Assembly (NCBI GenBank): GCA_041666865.1
Contig: JBAYGD010000016.1
Coordinates: 1-59,959, forward strand
Length of the DNA stretch: 59,959 bases
From: Candidatus Omnitrophota bacterium
GTDB taxonomy: Bacteria > Omnitrophota > Omnitrophia > Omnitrophales > Aquincolibacteriaceae
Reading direction: 5' to 3'
Shown here: one piece after another, positions 48,002-56,058 of the stretch
Layout: every line of letters starts with the position of its first letter
Position numbering within the stretch: the stretch's first letter is position 1
Program-made: the position numbers and the translations under genes
Notes under the pieces: generated by a model
What the model was told of the DNA's origin: nothing
The model's database searches: none
What the model saw: only the letters and a program-made list of their open reading frames with translations

Positions 48002-48777
48002 AGGCCATCATCATCGCCGCCGGCAAGGGAAAGCGGTTAAAGCACTACAGCGAGAACCTGCCGAAGTGCCTTCTGCCGGTCGGAGACAAATCGATTTTGG
48101 AATGGCAGATCGAAACGTTGAAGTCGTTTGACATACGGGAGATCAGCATCGTCAAGGGATACCAGGCGGACAAAATCAATTTTCCGGGATTCCGCTATTA
48201 TCTGAACGAACGCTATGAGTTCAACAACATCCTGAACTCCCTGATGTGCGCGAAAGCCGAAGTTTGCGGCGAGGTCCTTATTTCGTATTCAGACATTCTT
48301 TACGGCCGGAGGGTGGTTGAGCGTCTGCTGGCCTCTCCGCACGATATTGCCGTCGTGACCGACGTGGATTGGAAAGAGCAGTATGTGGGCCGGGTCGATC
48401 ACCCCTTGAGCGAGGCTGAAACCGTTTTGCTCGGGGAAGGGGATCGGCTGCTCGAAATCGGAAAGCGGATGCGCCGGAAGGCGGAGGCCAACGGCGAGTT
48501 TATTGGAATGATCAAGCTTTCGGCCCGGGGCGCTGAAACGTTTACGCGCTGTTACGAACAGGCCCGGGAGCGTTTTTGGGGAAAGCCGTTCGTGGCGGCC
48601 GATACTTTCGAAAATGCTTATTTGACCGACATGCTTCAGTTTTTGATCGACGAGGGAGAAACCCTTTACGGGGTTCCGATCGAGGGCGGCTGGCGGGAGA
48701 TCGATACCGTGGCCGACTACGAGAAGGCCTGCCGGGACCTCGGCGCTCAACCGGCCTTATTCGAGGGGCGCTCATGA
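47998..48777 (+). CDS. LicC/PntC-like nucleotidyltransferase (cytidylyltransferase candidate)
   Basis: MKAIIIAAGKGKRL and LPKCLLPV. It has an ATGA overlap with ppd. Confidence 0.78.
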   Translation: MKAIIIAAGKGKRLKHYSENLPKCLLPVGDKSILEWQIETLKSFDIREISIVKGYQADKINFPGFRYYLNERYEFNNILNSLMCAKAEVCGEVLISYSDILYGRRVVERLLASPHDIAVVTDVDWKEQYVGRVDHPLSEAETVLLGEGDRLLEIGKRMRRKAEANGEFIGMIKLSARGAETFTRCYEQARERFWGKPFVAADTFENAYLTDMLQFLIDEGETLYGVPIEGGWREIDTVADYEKACRDLGAQPALFEGRS

Positions 48778-49304
48778 AAAAGGTCAAACGTTTCGGGCGC
48801 AAAAAGATCCACCGGGCGCAGTCTTTCGAAGTCGTTTCCGACAGGGTCCTGTGGCCGAACGGCAAAATCCTGAAGCGGGACCTCGTCCTTCACGGGGGCA
48901 TCAGCGTCATCCTTCCGCTGCTCGACGAGAATCAAATGGTTCTCGTCCGGCAATACCGGTACGGGGCCGATCAAATGCTTTGGGAACTGCCCGCGGGGAC
49001 GATTGCCCGGCGCGAAACGCCGCTTCAGTGCGCCCGGCGGGAAATCGTCGAGGAGGTCGGTTATCGCGCCGGACAGTGGAAGAAAATAGCGGATATTTAC
49101 ACATCGCCGGGTTACAATACGGAAAAAGTTTTTTGTTTTTTGGCTCAAAAGCTGACGCCGGCCGTGCCTCATCCCGAAGACGACGAAATTCTCACCGTAA
49201 AGGTTTTTTCCTGTGACCAGGTGAGAAAAATGGTGCAAAGACGCGTGATTCGGGACGCTAAGAGCCTGCTGGCCCTTTTCTATTTCTGGGAGATGCGCCC
49301 ATGA
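48774..49304 (+). CDS. NUDIX hydrolase
   Basis: NUDIX box GTIARRETPLQCARREIVEEVGY. It has an ATGA overlap upstream. Confidence 0.85.
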   Translation: MKKVKRFGRKKIHRAQSFEVVSDRVLWPNGKILKRDLVLHGGISVILPLLDENQMVLVRQYRYGADQMLWELPAGTIARRETPLQCARREIVEEVGYRAGQWKKIADIYTSPGYNTEKVFCFLAQKLTPAVPHPEDDEILTVKVFSCDQVRKMVQRRVIRDAKSLLALFYFWEMRP

Positions 49305-50011
49305 AAAGCGCGGTCGTCGCGATCGACGGGACGTCCTATGTCGGGAAGAGCACGATTGCCAAATGCCTCGCGATCCTTTTAGGCTATGCCTACATCAATA
49401 CCGGCCACATGTTCCGCGCCGTCGCAAAGCGCTGCCTTGAACATGGCAACGATCTCGCGGACGTTCCCGAGGTGGTCCGGCGCGCCCGCGAACTCGATTT
49501 CGACTTTCCCAAGCAGGGGGAGGGTTTCCGGACCCTCGTCAACGGCGAGGACTGGAGCCAAAAGCTCGACGACTATGGGATCGTCTCCGCGGCTTCGAAG
49601 ATCGCGCCTGTCAGGGAACTGCGGACGATTCTGCTCGAGAAGCAGCGCCAGGTTGCCAAAAAACAGGCTGTGGTGATGGAAGGCCGCGACGTCGGCACGG
49701 TGGTCTTTCCGGACGCGGCCTGGAAGTTTTTTGTGACGGCTTCCCCCGAGGTGCGCGCCAGGCGCATGCGCAAAATGATGTCTCCGGAAGAGCAAAAGAC
49801 CGTGCCGGATTTCAGGACGCTGATTCCAAAAGTCATGGCCCTGGATGACGCGGACAGGAACCGGACCGTGGCGCCGCTCGTCATGGCCGAGGATGCGATC
49901 CTCTACGATAATTCCGACAGCCCCACGGAGATGCAGGACGCGCTGATCCTCCAGTATTATATTCGCCACGCGTCCGAGATCGTTCGGAACTCCGGGGTTC
50001 TGACGAGGTAA
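49301..50011 (+). CDS. cmk: cytidylate kinase
   Basis: AIDGTSYVGKSTIAK, NTGHMFRA and MEGRDVGTVVFPDA. It has an ATGA overlap with the NUDIX gene. Confidence 0.88.
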   Translation: MKSAVVAIDGTSYVGKSTIAKCLAILLGYAYINTGHMFRAVAKRCLEHGNDLADVPEVVRRARELDFDFPKQGEGFRTLVNGEDWSQKLDDYGIVSAASKIAPVRELRTILLEKQRQVAKKQAVVMEGRDVGTVVFPDAAWKFFVTASPEVRARRMRKMMSPEEQKTVPDFRTLIPKVMALDDADRNRTVAPLVMAEDAILYDNSDSPTEMQDALILQYYIRHASEIVRNSGVLTR

Positions 50012-50044
50012 TGATCAAGAAGAGAATATAAATCGTATTTATTT

Positions 50045-50073
50045 TTGACAGCCGTGTCGTTCTCGATTAGCAT
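50045..50073 (+). promoter_or_regulatory. candidate promoter: TTGACA, 17-nt spacer, TAGCAT
   Basis: A perfect -35 box at 50045-50050 in the AT-rich spacer that opens the low-GC islet. Confidence 0.3.
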
Positions 50074-50105
50074 TTTCAGAATAAGGTTTAGTCGCTCTGG
50101 GTGAT

Positions 50106-51020
50106 TTGTCTAAAAACTGGAAAAGGAAAATAACTGTGGACACAAAACAACAAAAGGAAGCTCTGAATTATTTTAATCAGAATGCCAATGATTGGGCGAG
50201 AAGTGCTGAAAGAGGCTCGCAGGATGAGGTTAACGTTGTCAAACAGAGAAACGACTTTGTCATAAAAGTCATTGGTGAAAAGGAGAGAGTGGACTCGGTT
50301 TTAGACATTGGATGTGGAACGGGAGATCTTGTTTGCGAGATAGCAGCAAAAGGAATCAATGCTATTGGCGTTGATTTCGCACCGGACATGATAAACCTTG
50401 CTAAGGATAAAGCTGGAAAATCGAAGTGCGGGAAGGCGCAATTTGAATGCTGTTCTGCTTTTAGTTTTCCGTTTGAACAAGATCAATACGATGTTATCTC
50501 CGCTAACGGGTTTATAGAATATATTTCTTACGAAGAATTTGATCAGCTGTTGAGCCTTTCGTGGAAAGCATTAAGGCGTGGCGGTTCCTTGGTTTTGGGT
50601 TCCAGAAATAGATTGTTTAATATTTTTTCTTTAAATGAATTCACACAAGATGAAATCGAGGAAGGCAACATAGCAGCGCTTATACTCGAGGCTATTCGGA
50701 TGGCAGGATTGGAAAATGTTAAGGATTTAATTGGATTCAAAACGGCGCCACTTCAAAAAGAAAATAAGGAGCATAAGGATACAGGCATAAAAGTTTCAAC
50801 AAGGTATCAATTTACCCCAGCTCAATTAGTGAATAAGTTGAAAGGTAAAGGATTTGAGCCTGTCGAAATTTTTCCAATCCACATACATGGTGTCCCCCTC
50901 AGGCTAAAGGATAAATTTCCTATGGTTCATGGGAATATTTCAAATCTCTTGCAAAATTACGCAAACAACAGTTGCTTAATCTCTCAGGCTTCTTCGTTTA
51001 TGATTCACTGCAGAAAATAA
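50106..51020 (+). CDS. class I SAM-dependent methyltransferase (low-GC islet)
   Basis: Motif I VLDIGCGTGDL. The start is uncertain (TTG at 50106, or GTG at 50136 preceded by AAGGA). Confidence 0.78.
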   Translation: MSKNWKRKITVDTKQQKEALNYFNQNANDWARSAERGSQDEVNVVKQRNDFVIKVIGEKERVDSVLDIGCGTGDLVCEIAAKGINAIGVDFAPDMINLAKDKAGKSKCGKAQFECCSAFSFPFEQDQYDVISANGFIEYISYEEFDQLLSLSWKALRRGGSLVLGSRNRLFNIFSLNEFTQDEIEEGNIAALILEAIRMAGLENVKDLIGFKTAPLQKENKEHKDTGIKVSTRYQFTPAQLVNKLKGKGFEPVEIFPIHIHGVPLRLKDKFPMVHGNISNLLQNYANNSCLISQASSFMIHCRK

Positions 51021-51034
51021 CTAGGAATAGCACT

Positions 51035-52015
51035 ATGCCGAACCTGACAATAGTTATGTATCATTATGTTCGGGATTTAAAAAACTCCCGCTACCCTGAA
51101 ATCAAAGGGCTTTCGGTGGATTGTTTTAGAGAACAGCTTCAATATATTTTGAAACATTACAGAGTCATCACAATGCAGGACTTGTTTAGGTCTATTGAGG
51201 GAGATATGAATCTCCCAAACAATTCTTTGCTCTTAACATTTGACGATGCGTATGCGGATCACTTCACGACAGTCTTCCCCATTTTAGATGAATTGGGAAT
51301 ACAGGGCAGTTTTTTCCCGCCGGGAAAGGCGATTCAAGAACATCAAGTCCTGGATGTTAATAAAATCCATTTCATTTTAGCATCAGTTGAAAATAAGAAG
51401 CTTCTTGTCGAGGACATCTATTCCTTGATGGATTCTTTTCGCATGGAATACGATCTTGAGCCGAATGAATGCTATTACGAAAAGTTAGCAACGAAGAATC
51501 GGTTTGATGCCGAAGAAGTCGTCTTTATAAAGACGTTGCTTCAGAAAACATTGCCTGAGAGTTTAAGAAGTTTAATGCTTGCGGATTTGTTTTTAAAATA
51601 CGTAAGCAAGGATGAGAAAGCGTTTTCTAGAGAGCTATATATGAGTCATGATCAATTGAAATGTATGGTTAGACACGGAATGTATGTTGGAAGCCATGGC
51701 TGGGATCATTATTGGTTAAATACTTTATCTGAACAACGGCAAGAAAGGGAAATAGAGCTTTCTTTGAAATTTTTGGAACCATTCGGCTGTGATACGTCAA
51801 AATGGGCGATGTGTTATCCCTATGGAGCCTATAATGATTCCTTGATTGCTCTGCTGAAAACTCATGGCTGTAAATTAGCATTAACGACAAAAGTTGGGAT
51901 AGCCAATGTGCCCGTCAACAATCCCTTTACTTTTCCAAGACTCGATACCAATGATTTGCCTAAGGACGGAAATGTAGCTCCCAATGAATGGACATTGGGC
52001 ATTTCAAAAAGTTGA
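51035..52015 (+). CDS. polysaccharide deacetylase (NodB homology) family protein (low-GC islet)
   Basis: IVMYHYV, LLLTFDDAYADH and GSHGWDH. Confidence 0.78.
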   Translation: MPNLTIVMYHYVRDLKNSRYPEIKGLSVDCFREQLQYILKHYRVITMQDLFRSIEGDMNLPNNSLLLTFDDAYADHFTTVFPILDELGIQGSFFPPGKAIQEHQVLDVNKIHFILASVENKKLLVEDIYSLMDSFRMEYDLEPNECYYEKLATKNRFDAEEVVFIKTLLQKTLPESLRSLMLADLFLKYVSKDEKAFSRELYMSHDQLKCMVRHGMYVGSHGWDHYWLNTLSEQRQEREIELSLKFLEPFGCDTSKWAMCYPYGAYNDSLIALLKTHGCKLALTTKVGIANVPVNNPFTFPRLDTNDLPKDGNVAPNEWTLGISKS

Positions 52016-52058
52016 ATAGTGCGGAGTGACCCAATGCGTTGAACAGGGGGGAGGGGTT

Positions 52059-52940
52059 GTGGAAAGCCTTACGGAACTGAAAACGATTTGTCAGACGACT
52101 GCCCAGCGGGATGTCTCGAATGTCTACATGCGCTATGTCTGCCGGCCGGTCTCGATCCGGATCACCCGGCTCCTCATCCCGACCGCGGTGACGGCGGATC
52201 AGGTGAGCGCCGTGATGATCTTGACGGGCGTCCTTGCCGCGGCGATGTTTTTAACCGGTATTCCCTTTCTTTTTTACCTCGGGATTGCCCTTTTTCAGTT
52301 GTGGTACGTCCTGGATTGCGTCGACGGGGAAGTTGCGCGGTATCGGAATTTTCAGCAATCGAAGGTGGTCACGGTCGAAAAGACGCAGCTTCCCATCACC
52401 GGGGCTTACTGGGACTATCTGAATCATTATATCGTCCACGGCCTGGTGCCGTTTGCGGCGGCGTTCGGGATGGGCGGCGGGGAGGGCCGGGGGGCAGGGT
52501 GGGTTCTGGCCGGTTTTCTGGCCACGATGGGGCAAATCCTTCTGCTTGCGATCCACGATACGAAGTCGCGTTTATTTCTTGGCAAGATCACGCGGCTTTG
52601 TCAGTCGCCACGCGCCGTGACTTGCCCCCAAAAGCCGCCGCCTGAAAGCCAGGCGCGAAAAGTCAAAAAGTGGTCCGCGGCCAAATGGGTCTTCGTGGCC
52701 GTCCATTACACGACGACCTATCCGACTGTCATGAACGTCCTGACCCTTCTTGCCGTGATCGAGCTCGTGACCGGCCGGCCGGTCGCGCGATCGCTGTTTG
52801 TTCTGTATTACGCGGCGGCATCTGCCGGGGTCTTCCTTGTGTTGGCCGCCAAAAACCTGCGCAACTCGGGGCTCGACAAGGAGTTCGACGGGACCTTCGC
52901 GGCGCTCGAGATCCCTTCCGGGAATTCAGCGGCAAAATGA
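52059..52940 (+). CDS. divergent CDP-alcohol phosphatidyltransferase family membrane protein
   Basis: DCVDGEVAR (DxxDGxxAR), then a ~20-residue insertion before GAYWDYLNH (GxxxDxxxH rather than D). The GTG at 52059 is preceded by GGAGGG, and the ORF is open from 52026. Confidence 0.72.
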   Translation: MESLTELKTICQTTAQRDVSNVYMRYVCRPVSIRITRLLIPTAVTADQVSAVMILTGVLAAAMFLTGIPFLFYLGIALFQLWYVLDCVDGEVARYRNFQQSKVVTVEKTQLPITGAYWDYLNHYIVHGLVPFAAAFGMGGGEGRGAGWVLAGFLATMGQILLLAIHDTKSRLFLGKITRLCQSPRAVTCPQKPPPESQARKVKKWSAAKWVFVAVHYTTTYPTVMNVLTLLAVIELVTGRPVARSLFVLYYAAASAGVFLVLAAKNLRNSGLDKEFDGTFAALEIPSGNSAAK

Positions 52941-53662
52941 CGATTCTCGACAAGGTCCTCCGCAAGATTTACGGCGCCACGCTCGGCAGGCACGTAGCCC
53001 TCGACCGGTTTTTCCGCTACCGTGAACCGCACCGTTACTGGAAAGAACGCGGGGGCGAGACCTATTTTGAAGAACAGGAGGCCGTGGCGGACCGGACTGA
53101 ACGAAGCGATTTTATCGGCGGGGAAGTTGCCCTCCTGGATTTTTCATCGATCCTTGAGATCGGCTGCGGCTACGGAAAGCAGCTGCGGAACATTTCGGGC
53201 CGCAAGAGAAGCGTGAGCTTTGGCGGCTGCGACTTTAGCCGGCCTCAGTTACTCAAGGGCTTTCAGTATTTCTCGGCGATGCAAAACCGCGTCGTGGAGG
53301 CGGATGCGGAGCACCTTCCGTTCCGGGACAAGAGCTTCGACCTGGTGATGTCCTCGGCGGTCATCCTCCACAACGAATACCGCAAGGCCCAGCGAATGAT
53401 TTGGGAGATGATCCGGGTCGCTCGAAAATTCCTGGTTCATAATGAAGACACGGACGTGACGTTCTCGCGCTATGGGTATGATATGACGCAAACGTATCAG
53501 GCCATGGATTTCAGGGTCGTGGAGTCTGTCGAAATTCCCTGCGCGCAGAGCCCTGCCGACACGCAGTTTACCGTCGCCGAGATTCCGTCGAGCGCCGGGC
53601 GGCTTCGGCCGCAGGATATTCCTTTGCAGTATCACAAAAAAAGCGCGAAAGCCTGCCGATGA
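52937..53662 (+). CDS. class I SAM-dependent methyltransferase
   Basis: Motif I ILEIGCGYGKQL and LPFRDKSFDLV. It has an ATGA overlap upstream. Confidence 0.75.
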   Translation: MTILDKVLRKIYGATLGRHVALDRFFRYREPHRYWKERGGETYFEEQEAVADRTERSDFIGGEVALLDFSSILEIGCGYGKQLRNISGRKRSVSFGGCDFSRPQLLKGFQYFSAMQNRVVEADAEHLPFRDKSFDLVMSSAVILHNEYRKAQRMIWEMIRVARKFLVHNEDTDVTFSRYGYDMTQTYQAMDFRVVESVEIPCAQSPADTQFTVAEIPSSAGRLRPQDIPLQYHKKSAKACR

Positions 53663-54417
53663 AGCCGATTCTCTTGATTCCCACTTATGATGAAAAGGAG
53701 AACATCACGGACCTGATCCCGGCGATCCGCGGGGAAACCGCCGAATGCCCCGTGGAGATCCTCGTGATCGACAGCGGTTCGCCCGACGGGACGGGGGAGG
53801 CGGTCTCGGGGATTTCCCGACGCGACAACGGCGTCCACCTCCTTCAGCAAAATGCCAAGCTGGGCCTGGGGCGCGCCTATGTGGACGGAATGCAGTGGGC
53901 GCTCGCGCGCGACTACGACGTGATTATCACCATGGATGCCGATTTTTCCCATCATCCTCGCTATATTCCGGAGCTTCTGCGACGGATCAAGGATTGCGAT
54001 CTGGTCATCGGATCACGTTATATTCCTGGGGGGGAACTGCGTGATTGGCCGCGTTCCAGGCGCCTCTTGAGCCGCTTTGCTAACGCCTATGCCAAAAAAA
54101 TTACGGGTCTCCCGTTTTCGGATCTGACGGCGGGCTTCCAATGCTTCCGCTCGGATTTGTTACGGAAAGTGATCCGCTACCCTTTGCATGCGGACGGGTA
54201 TGCTTTTCTGATTTCACTGAAGTTTTGGTCGGTCGTGCAGGAGGCCCGGTTCGCGGAGATCCCCATAATTTTTACGGACCGCACGAAGGGCACGACAAAA
54301 ATCTCGCACCGGGTCATTTTTGAATCGATTGTCTTCGTGTGGAAATGCTTCTTTCAGCGCCACCGCTTTTCAAAGCGCCCGAAACCTGTAAACGGGAAAC
54401 CGGATGAAAGGGGCTGA
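53659..54417 (+). CDS. polyprenol-phosphate mannose/hexose synthase (Dpm1/Ppm1-like GT2)
   Basis: LLIPTYDEKENI, VIDSGSPDGT, MDADFSHHP and IGSRYIPGG. It has an ATGA overlap upstream. Confidence 0.85.
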   Translation: MKPILLIPTYDEKENITDLIPAIRGETAECPVEILVIDSGSPDGTGEAVSGISRRDNGVHLLQQNAKLGLGRAYVDGMQWALARDYDVIITMDADFSHHPRYIPELLRRIKDCDLVIGSRYIPGGELRDWPRSRRLLSRFANAYAKKITGLPFSDLTAGFQCFRSDLLRKVIRYPLHADGYAFLISLKFWSVVQEARFAEIPIIFTDRTKGTTKISHRVIFESIVFVWKCFFQRHRFSKRPKPVNGKPDERG

Positions 54418-54420
54418 AAC

Positions 54421-56058
54421 GTGAAAACCTTTTCGGCATCTTTTCCATCGCCCGGAAGTAGTGATTCGGTTCGCCAGAAGCGCCTGCGCGGGTGGAAGCC
54501 ATACGGGGTAGTTTTTTTTGCGGCACTTTTGGTGCTCGGAGTGCAGCTTTTGCAGGTTCAGAGGCCTTTTCGCGGTCATTTTGCCAGTTATCAGGCGACC
54601 GTGATGGCTTCCATAGCGCGCAACATGGTCGAGGAGGATTTTAAGGAAATTCTTTTGCCAAAAACGAACTTGCTGATTGTGACCCCACGGAAGTCTTATC
54701 ACCTCAATCAATATCCGTTTCCATCCTTGCTCGTGGCGGTGTGCGTGAAATTCCTCGGAGGCCCTTACGAGGTTTGGGGGCGCTTGCAGGCGATTCTTTT
54801 TAATCTTCTGGGGGCCGTCTTGATGTTCCGGATCGGGGCGCGTCTTTTGGGCCGTGCTGCGGGATTGATCGCGAGTCTCCTGTTCCTAATGCTTCCGTTT
54901 TCGGTCATTTACGGGCAAATGTTCCTTTGCGAGCCCATGGCCGTTTTTTTTCTTTTGGCGTCTGTGTGGCTTCTTGCCAGACAGGGGGTTCCGTCACGCA
55001 TGGCGACCGTGATGAGCGCCTTGTGTTTCTCTTTGGCCATTGCGAACCGCACGCACTACCTTTTTTTCTTTCCGGCTCTTCTTTATTTTTTGTGGATCCG
55101 CTCCCGCAGGATCCTCACCTGCATGGTCTTTCTCTTGTTGGGGGGCTTCCTGCCGGCCGCATGGGCCTGGCATACGTTTGTCGTGGGACAGCTTCATCCC
55201 CTGCAGACGCACACCAACCTTTTTTTTCAGGCAGGTTCCGCGTCGGTTTTTGGAATTCGTCTTTTGGCAGGTGCCAATTACTGGCGTTATATCCTGGACC
55301 TTTTTTCGAATGAAATGCTGACACCGGCGGTTTTTCCGTTTGTCCTCCTCGGCCTCGCGGGTCTTTGGAATAGCCAAAAACAGGTTTTTCGTTTTTTCCT
55401 TCTGTGGACGGCCGGGGGTCTTGTGTTGATATTTTTGGCTCCAAAAAAAATCATCGATCAGGATTTTTATCTTTACGGCCTCTATCCCGCGTTGCTTTTT
55501 TTAGCGGCTTGCGGGATCGAAAAAATTTCGGATGTTTTTTCATTTTTGAGGCGTTCCCGTTTTTTGGTAGCCGGCACGCTGCTCTTGATGGCGGTTTCAG
55601 CCCGTTACTTTGTTCATCCGATTTTTCAGTATCCCAAGGAAGAAAAGGATGTCGGCGCGATCGGTGCCTGGGTGCAAAAAGAGACCTCTCCAGGGGATAT
55701 CGTTATTTTGTCGGGCTCGTCCGCCGCCTTATTAAATTACTATGTCAATCGCCCGGTTTACGGGTTCTCTTTGCAGAAAGAGAAGGTTTTTTCCCCTTAT
55801 TTCATGAACCGCAGTTTCCAACGCTCGGAGCGGGACGCCATCGAGGCGATGAAAGCGGCTATGCACGATGACATTTCATTGCTGGAATACCTGAGAGGCC
55901 GGGGGGCCGGCTATCTATTGGCTTCGAGTCTTGACGGGCAGCAGGGGATTTCATCCCGGCTGCTTGATTACCTGAAAATGAATTATTCGGAGTGCCCGCC
56001 GGGGTTCGACGGCGTACGGCTTTTCAACCTTCGGGATAAAAGGCAGGCCGAAAAATGA
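54421..56058 (+). CDS. GT-C fold polytopic glycosyltransferase (GT39/ArnT-like) no. 4
   Basis: More than 10 TM segments and an N-terminal ASYQATVMASIARNMVEEDF loop. It lies directly downstream of the Dpm1-like GT2. Confidence 0.6.
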   Translation: MKTFSASFPSPGSSDSVRQKRLRGWKPYGVVFFAALLVLGVQLLQVQRPFRGHFASYQATVMASIARNMVEEDFKEILLPKTNLLIVTPRKSYHLNQYPFPSLLVAVCVKFLGGPYEVWGRLQAILFNLLGAVLMFRIGARLLGRAAGLIASLLFLMLPFSVIYGQMFLCEPMAVFFLLASVWLLARQGVPSRMATVMSALCFSLAIANRTHYLFFFPALLYFLWIRSRRILTCMVFLLLGGFLPAAWAWHTFVVGQLHPLQTHTNLFFQAGSASVFGIRLLAGANYWRYILDLFSNEMLTPAVFPFVLLGLAGLWNSQKQVFRFFLLWTAGGLVLIFLAPKKIIDQDFYLYGLYPALLFLAACGIEKISDVFSFLRRSRFLVAGTLLLMAVSARYFVHPIFQYPKEEKDVGAIGAWVQKETSPGDIVILSGSSAALLNYYVNRPVYGFSLQKEKVFSPYFMNRSFQRSERDAIEAMKAAMHDDISLLEYLRGRGAGYLLASSLDGQQGISSRLLDYLKMNYSECPPGFDGVRLFNLRDKRQAEK

